IMG/VR virus record: IMGVR_UViG_3300025128_008688 | Strand: one strand, 5' to 3' | DNA length: 20,000 nucleotides | From: an uncultured virus (IMG/VR IMGVR_UViG_3300025128_008688) | Taxonomy: Duplodnaviria > Heunggongvirae > Uroviricota > Caudoviricetes | Shown: positions 1 through 9,568 of the stretch, one piece after another | Position numbering within the stretch: the first letter of the stretch is position 1 | How the letters are laid out: each line of letters begins with the position of its first letter | Notes under the pieces: model-generated | The model's database searches: none | Seen by the model: only the letters and a program-made list of their open reading frames with translations | Told to the model about the DNA's origin: nothing | Translations under genes and position numbers: made by a program

Positions 1-249
1 AAATTCTTTCTCAGTTCCGGGAGCAATGAAATCCAACGGGAATTCAGTACTAGCACCGGGCGCAAGGCGAATAGGTTCGAAAATACCATCGAGAATATCA
101 CCACTTAAGACTCCTTTTCGGAGAGGAAGCTCTAGTGCTTTCGCAAGTTCAGCGGTTGCGCTTAGAGACTCTTCTCTGACCAATGAACCTGCTTGACGCA
201 GTAGTTCATTCATCTCTGGAGTCGGTTCGAATAACTTTCTTGTAGTCAT
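1..249 (-). CDS. Probable major capsid protein, N-terminal 83 aa (runs off window)
   Basis: Hand-translated from ATG at 249 with AGGAG RBS: MTTRKLFEPTPEMNELLRQAGSLVREESLSATAELAKALELPLRKGVLSGDILDGIFEPIRLAPGASTEFPLDFIAPGTEKEF. Lies directly after the protease-scaffold and decoration genes, the usual MCP position. Confidence 0.7.
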   Translation of the reverse strand, partial: MTTRKLFEPTPEMNELLRQAGSLVREESLSATAELAKALELPLRKGVLSGDILDGIFEPIRLAPGASTEFPLDFIAPGTEKEF

Positions 250-267
250 TTCTAATCTATCTCCTAT

Positions 268-732
268 TTAAACGATGTTAATTTCGACTTTAACATACCC
301 GTCTGCATCTTTAACAGAAAGGAATCTACCGATTTGAGTGGCGCCAGTATCTTGGTCAGGGGTAATAAGCCCGTTGGCCATAGGATAGGCTGGTGTGCCC
401 GCAGCGATAGTGGCGGAAGGAGATCCTTCTACCATGTTAGTAACAACTGTACCACGACGAAGCAATAGGACTTTACCGCCCTTTTGAACTTCATCTTTGT
501 GGAAATTAATGTGTTGACGAGTTAGATCAAGGTTAACTACGTCATTCAGTAACAGACCAGCAGGTAAATCACCGGAGCCCCCAGTGGCAACAATAACGGC
601 AGCATTGCTATCGTCCATTGAGGCCCCAGAGCCAGCAGTGCTGTGGGTTACAACAACCCCTCTTTCACCTGTTTCGTTCATGAAAAAGCTGAGATCTGTT
701 AGATGTTCAACTCTATCTGGTTTAAGTGCCAT
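268..732 (-). CDS. Capsid decoration/cement-like protein (154 aa)
   Basis: Gly/Val/Thr-rich, beta-type protein ending in GRFLSVKDADGYVKVEINI, between scaffold and MCP genes; GGAG RBS. Confidence 0.6.
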   Translation of the reverse strand: MALKPDRVEHLTDLSFFMNETGERGVVVTHSTAGSGASMDDSNAAVIVATGGSGDLPAGLLLNDVVNLDLTRQHINFHKDEVQKGGKVLLLRRGTVVTNMVEGSPSATIAAGTPAYPMANGLITPDQDTGATQIGRFLSVKDADGYVKVEINIV

Positions 733-746
733 TTAAGTTCTCCCTC

Positions 747-2360
747 TTAATCTTCTGAGTTTAAAACATACGAATTCACCCAGCTCTGTAGGCCTGCACG
801 AACCGTCTCTGTTCCATCTTCAATATCGTCAGAAGGAACTGCTAAGTCCACTTCTTCTTCAACTGAAGCTGTCTCTAAGACTTCTTCATCAACCTCTTCG
901 CTCGCTTCAGATTCTTCGACCTCTTTCTTCTTTTTCTTTTTGTCTTTATCGTCATGATATTTCATGCCGGACTCCAAGTTTTCTTCGGTCTCAGTTTCTT
1001 CAGCTTCGGTGGTAAAAGAATCGCTAGCTTCGTCAGCTTCTGAAACCGTTTTCAGTGCTGCAATAGTGCTAACAATATCTTGAAACTGTTCATCTGAAAG
1101 GGAAGCAAAAGTTTCCAGCTTAGAATCTACTTCATCTTCACTGATACCAGCTTCAATGAGACTAGATGCTCTGCTTTGTCTTTTCTTTTCCTCTTCCAAA
1201 CTTGCGATAGCGTCTTCAGCTATCTTACGTGCTTCTGCCTCTTCAGCAACTTTAGACAACAAGTCTTCTTTCGCTGTATTGGCTTCTTCTAGATCAGCTT
1301 GAGCCGATGCTAAAGATTCAGAAAGAGCTTCAACTGTCTGATTAAGTTCAGCCAGCTCGCCTTCCATCTTCTCAACATTGGCATTTGAGAGTTTACTCAA
1401 AAGCTCTTTGTTTTCTTCTTGAACAGAAGAAAGAGCTTCCTTTAACTCCCTTACCTGATCATTTAAAAAGTCGTTGGACATAAGATTCTTCTCCTCTTGT
1501 GGTTCCACTTTAGAAAGAATTTCTTTTTCTACTTTAGATGATACACCATTTTGTTTAGAAAACAGGTTTTTTGCAACAGAAGCTCCAGCAAAATCAAAGA
1601 TATGACCACGATCAAAAATGACACTATCCGGATTAGCGGGCTTTTCAACAAAGCCTTTACCCGAGAAGGTGATATTTCTAAGCAGTCTACCTACCTTGTG
1701 ACCTTGGTACTCACCAGTACCTCCATACGCTCTTAAATGTCTTGATAAGAACGAGGTGTCTTCACTTCTAGCTATTATCTTATTCTCTTCGCTAGGTGTT
1801 CTAACAGCATAATCAAAGCCTCTAAAGATACACTCCATAGAGACAAACATATTCCCTTCTTCTATTTTTCTTATTAAGTCCTCTGCTCTAGCTTTATATT
1901 CAGGATCTTGCCACTGTCTGTATATAACAGAAGAAACCAGTATATGGTAATTGTCTGGTAGCTCATTGGCTTCTGTTGTTTCATTGATAAGTTTAAACTC
2001 ATCATCAACAGCCCAGCTACCTATAATTCCACCTACTATCTTTTTTTCGTCGTGCTCTAAATTTGCCGGTTTGAATTTAGGAGTATTCTTTGCTTCCCAA
2101 ATTTCACCTTTTGCAAAAACGTCATCATTTCTATTCCAAGAAGAAGTAACTAAAATAGAAAAGGTGTGATAAATATCTAAATCTTTTACCCCACCTTGAG
2201 CTAGCATATCTGACATCTTCAGCTTACATGAATTAAGTACTGAAGGTTTGAAGCTATCTGGCTCAAAAAGAGGCGATGCATAAGCTATGGAAGCTTGACT
2301 CTTTATTAGGTCACCTATTCCATCTGCTATCTCTGATTTGTATATTGCAATTTTGCTCAT
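747..2360 (-). CDS. Prohead maturation protease fused to acidic coiled-coil scaffold (537 aa)
   Basis: N-terminal protease-like motifs (WNRNDDVF, NLEHD, VSMECIF, FSGKGFVEKPANP), then a long Glu/Ala/Leu coiled coil and acidic tail; between portal and capsid genes. Confidence 0.75.
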   Translation of the reverse strand: MSKIAIYKSEIADGIGDLIKSQASIAYASPLFEPDSFKPSVLNSCKLKMSDMLAQGGVKDLDIYHTFSILVTSSWNRNDDVFAKGEIWEAKNTPKFKPANLEHDEKKIVGGIIGSWAVDDEFKLINETTEANELPDNYHILVSSVIYRQWQDPEYKARAEDLIRKIEEGNMFVSMECIFRGFDYAVRTPSEENKIIARSEDTSFLSRHLRAYGGTGEYQGHKVGRLLRNITFSGKGFVEKPANPDSVIFDRGHIFDFAGASVAKNLFSKQNGVSSKVEKEILSKVEPQEEKNLMSNDFLNDQVRELKEALSSVQEENKELLSKLSNANVEKMEGELAELNQTVEALSESLASAQADLEEANTAKEDLLSKVAEEAEARKIAEDAIASLEEEKKRQSRASSLIEAGISEDEVDSKLETFASLSDEQFQDIVSTIAALKTVSEADEASDSFTTEAEETETEENLESGMKYHDDKDKKKKKKEVEESEASEEVDEEVLETASVEEEVDLAVPSDDIEDGTETVRAGLQSWVNSYVLNSED

Positions 2361-2364
2361 TCAA

Positions 2365-2550
2365 TTATCTCCAAAAAGGAGGTTTTGGTTGTTCATTATT
2401 CTCAGCTGGTGCTTCGGCTGGTGCTTCCTCTGCCGACTCGTTAACAGGCGGAGCCTCAGGAGCTGGAGCTGGAGGTGAATCATTGCCACAATCAACACAA
2501 TCATCCGGGTCCGGGTATGTGTCCGGGGTAAGCTTTCTTACTACCGTCAT
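2365..2550 (-). CDS. Small Pro/Ala/Glu-rich protein with CxxC (61 aa), unknown function
   Basis: Strong AAGGAG RBS and its own upstream GTGTA motif; fills the gap between portal and protease. Confidence 0.65.
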   Translation of the reverse strand: MTVVRKLTPDTYPDPDDCVDCGNDSPPAPAPEAPPVNESAEEAPAEAPAENNEQPKPPFWR

Positions 2551-2577
2551 TTTTCTCTCCTTATAAAAAGTTTCGTC

Positions 2578-2592
2578 TAATTAAATACACCA
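2578..2592 (-). promoter_or_regulatory. Putative late promoter motif TGGTGTATTTAATTA
   Basis: GTGTA core plus AT-rich tail, about 30-40 nt upstream of the ATG at 2550; same core at 4795-4810 and 10334-10354. Confidence 0.5.
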
Positions 2593-2593
2593 T

Positions 2594-4768
2594 TTACTGG
2601 TTTTCTTTAAAGTTGGCATAGAAAGAAGCCTTCAGGCTTCTGATCTCTTCGATAGTTAGGCGTCTATCAGCATCTTTTGATGCTTGGAATATCCAAGATT
2701 CACATTCTTTGTGAACAGAGCGAGCAATAGGGTCTGAGTTTATTGCTTCAGCTATTTGTTCGGCGCCAACTTCACAGTTGTAGTCTAAGTTACAGAGTAT
2801 CTCGAATTTTAGCCTTTCAGCCATCGACTTCTCATCCCTACTTAAACTTCTAATATTCTTTTTATCAAACTGCTCTAGTATTGCAGGTTTCATAAATGCC
2901 GATATCTTTTCCTGCGCTGACTTTGCCCATATCTCAATAGAGGCCTTCAGTGCAGGTTTAAACTGCCTTCGTTCTCTAGGAACAGAGTCTCGGGAATTCA
3001 TAGGTCTACCTTGCGGTTCAGGAGAAGGAGCATCTGGTTCTGGCAACTTGGGGTTTTTAGAGTCTTTCTTTCTAAGCTCTAGAGCGCTCTTTTCTCCGTT
3101 TCTCTTATTCTTTAGATCAAGACCAACCTCAGAAGGAGAGGCAACTCCTGTCTGCAGTGCTATCTTCTCAAGGCTATGCTGCTTGTCAACTGAATGATAT
3201 GGACTTACTTTTTCCGACATAGAACCTCTTTGCCTCTTAGCGCCTTCTTTGTTTAGTCTATTCTGCTCAACAGTAGGTTTAGCTTTAACATTTCTTTGAA
3301 CAAACTCATCACTGATAATATTTCTGTCAGCCAAGTTTATTAACAACTGCGTCATTGAAGCTGGATCTTCTAGATACATAAAATCAAACTCTATCTGTGC
3401 CGGAGCTCTAAATCCCATTGCTGCCTGCACTAACTTAATTTGATGGTTCCAAAATTCTACCAATATTTCACGAACATAATTAAGTCTTTCAGTAAGCGTT
3501 TTCAACGAGATAAAGTTATTCGTAGTACCGCTAGCCCCAAATGTCCCAGTCAGTGTCGGAGGTATTCCTAAGCATGAGTAGATAGACATTAGAGTGGGTC
3601 GGTATTTTTCGTCGCCCAAAAATCTCTGAACGTCCGATCCTGTCTCTAGTAGTTCAATATCAGGACCCCAAACGATATCCATTGTCCCACCACCAACATT
3701 AGAACCAAGTATACTACTTAACGCACTAGCGGCATTAGCTGTAGGCGCAAGCTTATGTTCTAAGTTACCTAGCTTCCATACTCTTATCTTGTTTACAGCT
3801 CCATCAAGAGCAGCTTTATCAGCAAGTTTGAGCTTTTCATAAAGAATAAGGTCATCAAAGCAAGCGTATGTCATAGGATCAGCCCACTGCTGCCAATCAT
3901 CCTTCTTGTAGTGATACACAAAGGTTTTCTCAGGAGGTAGTATAATAGACTTATTCGGCTGATTAATAAGATTTCTAAGTTCGGAGGGGATGCTATCAAG
4001 TATAGCTCTATCGTCCTTGTTCGGGCTTTTATTAAGCTGATCTATATATCTCTTCAGGGTAGGAGGAAGCTTTATTTTGTATCTCTTTACTCCGGTAAGA
4101 CTAGAAACAGGGCCTCCAACAACGTCTATATTCAATGGATCAAGAAAGATATACTGCCAAGGTATCTCGTTCTTTGAGAACCCATTGCTTTTTATAACGG
4201 CAGTCATATCTGCACCAGCAACAGAACGTTGCATCTCATCTCTTTTCTTTCTGTTTATCTTTGCAGTTTTCATTCTTACAGGAACATTTGCTTCTCTAAA
4301 CAGCAGATTGCAGAATCTCTCTGAAACGAACTTGCCTTTGCATCTAGTGAACCAGTCGTTATAGAATCTTTCTATTCTAGGACTAGAATGAACAAGCCTA
4401 ACACCCTGACATGCAAAGTCTCCCATGAGGTCGATTGCATTTCTTATTAAACCTATTCTTCTGTAAGCTCTTCTAGCAAAAGCCATAATCTCTTTGCTTT
4501 TCTGAGGAACTGCCTCAGTGGGGCGATAGGCATCGTAATCACTACCTCTAAGTCCGGGTCTTCCGCTTTGATAAGTAGTCAGCCCTGAGAAGTCTCTAGA
4601 CCTTGAACCTAATGCAGCGCTAGCGAACTCTGGTATTGCTGAACTATAAGCCTGTATAGCCTCTCTACGTTCTGCAGCGTCTTCTGAAGCCCAACTTACA
4701 TAGGACTCGCCTTCTGGTAAAATCGAACTTTTAGGGTATCTTTTGTCAACCAACTGTAAGCACTCCAA
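2594..4768 (-). CDS. Portal protein (about 720 aa; real start may be TTG at 4753)
   Basis: Immediately downstream of TerL. Helical segment AYRRIGLIRNAIDLMGDFA and LGIPPTLTG..NNF segment are typical of portals; long C-terminal extension. Confidence 0.75.
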   Translation of the reverse strand: MECLQLVDKRYPKSSILPEGESYVSWASEDAAERREAIQAYSSAIPEFASAALGSRSRDFSGLTTYQSGRPGLRGSDYDAYRPTEAVPQKSKEIMAFARRAYRRIGLIRNAIDLMGDFACQGVRLVHSSPRIERFYNDWFTRCKGKFVSERFCNLLFREANVPVRMKTAKINRKKRDEMQRSVAGADMTAVIKSNGFSKNEIPWQYIFLDPLNIDVVGGPVSSLTGVKRYKIKLPPTLKRYIDQLNKSPNKDDRAILDSIPSELRNLINQPNKSIILPPEKTFVYHYKKDDWQQWADPMTYACFDDLILYEKLKLADKAALDGAVNKIRVWKLGNLEHKLAPTANAASALSSILGSNVGGGTMDIVWGPDIELLETGSDVQRFLGDEKYRPTLMSIYSCLGIPPTLTGTFGASGTTNNFISLKTLTERLNYVREILVEFWNHQIKLVQAAMGFRAPAQIEFDFMYLEDPASMTQLLINLADRNIISDEFVQRNVKAKPTVEQNRLNKEGAKRQRGSMSEKVSPYHSVDKQHSLEKIALQTGVASPSEVGLDLKNKRNGEKSALELRKKDSKNPKLPEPDAPSPEPQGRPMNSRDSVPRERRQFKPALKASIEIWAKSAQEKISAFMKPAILEQFDKKNIRSLSRDEKSMAERLKFEILCNLDYNCEVGAEQIAEAINSDPIARSVHKECESWIFQASKDADRRLTIEEIRSLKASFYANFKENQ

Positions 4769-4794
4769 TAGGTATTAAAATTATAGTAATGACT

Positions 4795-4810
4795 ATTAAC
4801 ATTTACACCA
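4795..4810 (-). promoter_or_regulatory. Putative late promoter motif TGGTGTAAATGTTAAT
   Basis: GTGTA core in the short TerL-portal intergenic gap. Confidence 0.45.
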
Positions 4811-4813
4811 ATA

Positions 4814-6901
4814 TTAATTATTTTTGTTTATAGCTCTGAACACAGAAGAGTCTATGCTCTGCGCCCATTCAGGACCTATGTACATCCCCTGCTGAGTAGT
4901 GGATGGGGTGTCTGAACCAACCACCATCCCTATCGTATTATATGTCGGAGCCGGTAGAGCTCTGTGGATAGTTCTAGCTATCATATTAGCTATGACGATA
5001 GCACTATAACGGTCTTTTCTCATTCTGCCCTTCTTACCTGTACCTAGCTTTATTTCGGGCGTAGACCATCTTTCTCGACCTGCATTTGTGACTGTCATAA
5101 CAATCGTAGATAGCTCATCTTTAAGTTCTTCGACTTCCATCACAGCGTCCTCAAGTGTGTCATAGAGCCTTAGAGCTGTGCTCTCTCCAATCTTTTCCTT
5201 GATCTCTTTAAATGCGATCTTGTCCTTCTCTGTCATCAAGCTTAGAGTGAGAGTATCGAATCTGGGGAATAGTAAAACCTTATCCTCCAAGTCTTTTCTA
5301 AGCCCATGATTGGCCTGAGATGTCCACTTAGCACTAGCAAAGTTAACTAGATCTAAGATATGGTCACCTGCCATAGCGTCTGTATCTTTAGTTTTGCCAT
5401 CTTCTATTATTTCATATATAGGTCTTTCGCCCGGTTTAAGCTTATCTAAGTCTCTTAAAGATTCAGCTATTGTGAAACCTCCCCCCTGAGAGTCTATTCC
5501 AAGTCTTACGCAAGGGAATGATCTCATTAGGTCTCTGATCTTTCGAGCGCAGAAAGAATAGTAATCATGCGCATCAGTAAGTCCTATCTTCTTTCGTCCA
5601 GCAAAATCCTTCTTGTTAGTTGTCCATCCGTATACAACCCTCTGATGCTCTGGGTGAAGCTCTAATACTACGACCGCAAAATTATCTTGTTCGGAAGCTG
5701 GGTCAACGCCTATAACATACCTTTTATTTGGATCTCCCTTTGTCATGACATCAAAGGCATCAGGACACCAATCGGGCCAGTTATGACCTCCTACATTTGA
5801 ATCGCTAGCAACGCAAGCATGTATCAAACTCCTTTTAAAGAAGCCTTGGCTATCAGACGTAAAACAAGCGCCATATTCCATTTGGTAAATGCCGTTATGC
5901 ATCGTAGCCCTAGAGCGAGCTACCTGCTGGTCATCCATAAAGCCTTCAGGTATAATTTCATAAGGTACTCTTATAATCGAAAAGGATTTCCAATTCAACC
6001 TTTTCATGTAGTCAGGTATCTCATCATCGCCTTCTTCCGATTCTTCCTTTGACTTATTCCTTGCCTTACCAGAGGTTCCCCTGTTTATTATTGTAGATTT
6101 ATATTTTCTCCAATATTCAGCATATGGTTCAAAGTCATATCCAGCAGTTCCAGCTATGATAGACTGGTTAGCGGAGCGATCTTCATACTGAGATTCTTGA
6201 GCCTCATTCCAGACGCCCTGCTCTTTCATTTTCTTTCTTCTAGCTGCGTCCTTTACGTTCTGAGTAGGATTGCTAGAAACAGCAGCGAAACCAGCAACAA
6301 CAGTCTCATAAATGTGAGTAGGGATAGAGTTAAATTCGTCGGCAATAATTGTATGTGCTCGTAAACCTCTAATCTTATTTCCATCACCCAGAGGAACAGC
6401 CATGGCCCAACTATCATTGACCTTCATAGTGCAGCGGTCAACATCTCTTCTCGGCCCACTTGAATCTGTACAGATACTTTGTAAGATAGGGGCGTTTCTC
6501 CAAATGCTATCCATATATTCAAAGATAACCTTCGACTGCCTGAACGCAGCGCCTACGATGACTATCTTAGTTCCGGGCACAAGAGTTGTCTTAAGAAGAC
6601 AATATACCGAAAGCAGAAAAGACTTACCAAAACCACGAGATGCAATATACATAGGAAACGGTCGTCTCCAAAGCTCTCTAAGTATACATGTTTGTATTGG
6701 TAGTAGTTCTATGCCTAAGAGCGTCTTGACAGTCCAGTGAAAGTATTCTGGATCTCTCATTTTTTTAAGTACATATAAGTGGAAATCGTTCCTGTCTTTG
6801 TCGCTCAGGTTAGAGAGAGGCCTTTCTATTGAGCTGAGGTCATTCTCATCTAATCCTAACCAAGCATTCTCATATGCATTTATATCAATGTTGGAGTTCA
6901 T
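4814..6901 (-). CDS. terL: Terminase large subunit (695 aa)
   Basis: Walker A ASRGFGKS, Walker B IIADEF, GLRA motif, RNase H-like nuclease IGVDPAS and C-terminal KDRYSA. Confidence 0.92.
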   Translation of the reverse strand: MNSNIDINAYENAWLGLDENDLSSIERPLSNLSDKDRNDFHLYVLKKMRDPEYFHWTVKTLLGIELLPIQTCILRELWRRPFPMYIASRGFGKSFLLSVYCLLKTTLVPGTKIVIVGAAFRQSKVIFEYMDSIWRNAPILQSICTDSSGPRRDVDRCTMKVNDSWAMAVPLGDGNKIRGLRAHTIIADEFNSIPTHIYETVVAGFAAVSSNPTQNVKDAARRKKMKEQGVWNEAQESQYEDRSANQSIIAGTAGYDFEPYAEYWRKYKSTIINRGTSGKARNKSKEESEEGDDEIPDYMKRLNWKSFSIIRVPYEIIPEGFMDDQQVARSRATMHNGIYQMEYGACFTSDSQGFFKRSLIHACVASDSNVGGHNWPDWCPDAFDVMTKGDPNKRYVIGVDPASEQDNFAVVVLELHPEHQRVVYGWTTNKKDFAGRKKIGLTDAHDYYSFCARKIRDLMRSFPCVRLGIDSQGGGFTIAESLRDLDKLKPGERPIYEIIEDGKTKDTDAMAGDHILDLVNFASAKWTSQANHGLRKDLEDKVLLFPRFDTLTLSLMTEKDKIAFKEIKEKIGESTALRLYDTLEDAVMEVEELKDELSTIVMTVTNAGRERWSTPEIKLGTGKKGRMRKDRYSAIVIANMIARTIHRALPAPTYNTIGMVVGSDTPSTTQQGMYIGPEWAQSIDSSVFRAINKNN

Positions 6902-7358
6902 GGACTTTCCTCATTATATAGAACGCAACTTCCTCGGCTCTCTTCTTGTCTCCACAAGCTATAACATGTATTCCATACTGAAGCCTAGCTGTAGAAATAA
7001 CTCTATTGATGTACTTGCCCTTTATTTTTATACTGCTCCACTTTGACCTAGGAACACTAGAGCCCTCTGGATATCTTTCTATATCTGACCAGCTAAACTC
7101 TAAGATTAAAAAAGCATAAGGAAAAGTAGACATTCTCTCCAATTCTTTATGGAATCTTTTTTCGCTACAGTTTCCTGCTAACTCGGATACACTTTCTTTT
7201 CTCTCTATGCATAAGACGTGTTCCATCCCTTCAATAGCATAGTCACCTATCTCGACCTTGGCTTTAGTGGTTCCGGAACAATAAGCGTTCTCGTCATACC
7301 ACCAGCCATGGCCTTGTTTCTCCCTAGTGTCACGAATGACTTGAAATCTATTGCTCAT
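6885..7358 (-). CDS. ERCC4/XPF-family nuclease (157 aa)
   Basis: IRDTREK, IGDY and IERK-SVSEL motifs characteristic of the ERCC4 domain. Confidence 0.85.
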   Translation of the reverse strand: MSNRFQVIRDTREKQGHGWWYDENAYCSGTTKAKVEIGDYAIEGMEHVLCIERKESVSELAGNCSEKRFHKELERMSTFPYAFLILEFSWSDIERYPEGSSVPRSKWSSIKIKGKYINRVISTARLQYGIHVIACGDKKRAEEVAFYIMRKVHELQH

Positions 7359-7683
7359 CTTCTTTCTTCTTTATTCTCTGAATGGCGTCCCACTCTAGTA
7401 TTTTAAAGAAGAAGCTTTCATAAACCTCTTCGTTATTTTTTATTGCATCATGGCATTTCTTGCATAATGTAATACCGTTTGTTACATCATATCTCATAGA
7501 AGGGTGACTAGCCCACTTCTTAATATGATGAACATGCAATTTACTTTTTGAACCACATCCCGGATACTTACACACATTGCCATCCCTCTTACGCACTTCT
7601 TTTCTAAAATTAGCATAAGCAGGGTCGTCATAGTTTCTGGAATTGTTATAGTTCGAGCGAAAATTCTTTCTCTTCTTCGGCAT
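7348..7683 (-). CDS. HNH endonuclease (about 111 aa; ATG 7683 preferred)
   Basis: RDGNVC..PGC..LHVHHI..NGITLCKKCH Zn-binding HNH signature; next to the terminase, as for packaging-associated HNHs. Confidence 0.88.
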   Translation of the reverse strand: MPKKRKNFRSNYNNSRNYDDPAYANFRKEVRKRDGNVCKYPGCGSKSKLHVHHIKKWASHPSMRYDVTNGITLCKKCHDAIKNNEEVYESFFFKILEWDAIQRIKKKEDEQ

Positions 7684-8761
7684 CAAGATCACTTTCTAAC
7701 ATTCTCTGTACTAAGTTCTCAAATGAGACCTCAGGATTCCAACCAAGCGTCTTTCTTGCTTTAGAGGGCTCTCCCTTGAGGTATTCCACTTCTGCTGGTC
7801 TATAGAACTCGGGATCTATTACAACGAATTCTGAGTAGTTATCAATCTCAAAATATTCAAAAGCATGAACTAAAAAGTCATGGACGCTGTGTGTTTCTCC
7901 AGTAGCTATTACATAGTCGTCAGGCTCGTCCTGCTGCAGCATAAGCCACATTGCTTTAACATAGTCCTCAGCATGCCCCCAGTCTCTAAATGCGTGCAGA
8001 TTGCCTAGACGGAGCTTAGGGAACTCAGATCTTCTTGAGTGGATATGATCATCATCAAAAAAGAAATGTCTCGAATCAAGATCAAGGCCTTGGTCAAATG
8101 CCCACTTGGCAAAAGCAGCTAGCCATTTAGTTATCTTTCTAGTAACGAAGTTCTCACCTCTTCGTTCGCTCTCGTGGTTAAATAATATTCCACATGAAGA
8201 GTGAAGGCCGAAACCTTCTCTATAGATCCGCACCAAATGGTGGGATGCTAGCTTCGCAGCACCATAGGGACTCTGAGGCTCAAAAACCGTTTCTTCATCT
8301 TGAAATTTTTCAGAATTTGAACCATCTTCCGCGTTGGCGACTAGTTCTCCGTCAACCAGAACGTCGTAGTTTTTTCCAAACATTTCACTTGTGCTAGCTT
8401 GGTAAAATCTTGTGGAAGGTGAAAATCGTCTAATTGCCTCAAGGAAATTCACCACCCCTATCGTATTAACTTGGATAGTGTAGTTAGGCTGGTCAAACGA
8501 TGTCCCGACATGTGATTGTGCAGCAAGGTTATAAATTTCATCAGGTTGATGTTTATCAACTATAGAATATACAGATCCGCTATCTATAATTTCGAATTCT
8601 TCGACAGAAAAGAACTCTGAACTTATATGTGATATCCTATCGTGATTAGAAGTGCTTGCTCTGCGCTTAAGACCAACTACCTCATATCCTTTTTCTAATA
8701 GCAGTTCTGCTAGAAAAGACCCATCCTGACCGGTAATGCCAGTTATTAAAGCTTTCCTCAC
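7646..8761 (-). CDS. gmd: GDP-mannose 4,6-dehydratase (371 aa)
   Basis: ALITGITGQDG, YNLAAQSHV, FYQASTSE, SPYGAAK (YxxxK), GILFNHESERRGENFVTRKIT and RDWGHAEDYV are all canonical GMD motifs. Confidence 0.96.
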   Translation of the reverse strand: MRKALITGITGQDGSFLAELLLEKGYEVVGLKRRASTSNHDRISHISSEFFSVEEFEIIDSGSVYSIVDKHQPDEIYNLAAQSHVGTSFDQPNYTIQVNTIGVVNFLEAIRRFSPSTRFYQASTSEMFGKNYDVLVDGELVANAEDGSNSEKFQDEETVFEPQSPYGAAKLASHHLVRIYREGFGLHSSCGILFNHESERRGENFVTRKITKWLAAFAKWAFDQGLDLDSRHFFFDDDHIHSRRSEFPKLRLGNLHAFRDWGHAEDYVKAMWLMLQQDEPDDYVIATGETHSVHDFLVHAFEYFEIDNYSEFVVIDPEFYRPAEVEYLKGEPSKARKTLGWNPEVSFENLVQRMLESDLDAEEEKEFSLEL

Positions 8762-9568
8762 TTATTCATCCTCCTCATCTTTGACTGTGTCAGCATTAAG
8801 GAACGGCTGGTCTACTCCTCCATCCTCAAACGTATGGTAGTCAGACAGTGCCTTCAACGCTTTATTTGCGGCAAGCCTATTGATTTCCATACTCTCTTCC
8901 TCACGCTTACGAAACTGTTCATCATCAAGTTGTTTTAACCAAGCTGAAAAGTTTGTCTTTGCGTCAGCTGCATTTCGCTTACGCTGTTCTCTTGTCCCCT
9001 TCAAATCTTTTAGGAGACGCTCCTTCTTTGTCAGTAACTTCTCATGTTCATTAATATAAGCAGACTTACTAGCCATCGCAGCACCTAATTGCGTCTGGAA
9101 ACTAGCGATAGCCTGAGTGTCTTGCATATCTGTAGGTTTTCTTATTTCATCTTCGATAAGTTGGTTTAGTCGTGACACATTTTGGAGAACCTCTTGCCGA
9201 TCTTCCATTCCACGATTAATTAAAACCTCAGTCCTGATAACCTCTAGAATTTGCATCTCTTCTGTATGAGTAACATCCTCTGAGAACTGACGATAATAGT
9301 CAATCCACTGATGTTCAAAGAAAATCAACTCAGAATCATGAAATTGTTTTCTTAATTCATTATAATAATATCTTTTTCTAAGATTAATAAGAAGATGCTC
9401 TTCATCTGTTAAATCGCGCGCCTTTAAATTTTCCTTATCAATGAACTTATTAATAGGACCCGTAGTCCTGTTCAAAGTTTCCGCTATTTCTTCAATAGAT
9501 AAATCAAAACAGTTTTGCCTAATATAGTCCATCTCCCCGTTGGAAAGTTTACCACGTTTCCTTGTCAA
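8762..9568 (-). CDS. HTH + coiled-coil protein, candidate terminase small subunit (about 268 aa; TTG 9568 after GAGGAG preferred)
   Basis: N-terminal HTH-like LSIEEIAETLNRT and long helical/coiled-coil body; upstream of TerL. The TerS call is positional inference. Confidence 0.5.
   Translation of the reverse strand: MTRKRGKLSNGEMDYIRQNCFDLSIEEIAETLNRTTGPINKFIDKENLKARDLTDEEHLLINLRKRYYYNELRKQFHDSELIFFEHQWIDYYRQFSEDVTHTEEMQILEVIRTEVLINRGMEDRQEVLQNVSRLNQLIEDEIRKPTDMQDTQAIASFQTQLGAAMASKSAYINEHEKLLTKKERLLKDLKGTREQRKRNAADAKTNFSAWLKQLDDEQFRKREEESMEINRLAANKALKALSDYHTFEDGGVDQPFLNADTVKDEEDE

Noticed and set aside
922..960. TTC/TTT-rich tract as a microsatellite or slippage site
   Set aside because: It encodes the DDKDKKKKKKE segment of the scaffold tail and the frame is intact.
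4814..6901. Intein or intron in the long TerL
   Set aside because: No C...HN-C/S/T splice motifs or LAGLIDADG blocks are visible; the extra length comes from short charged insertions and the frame is continuous.
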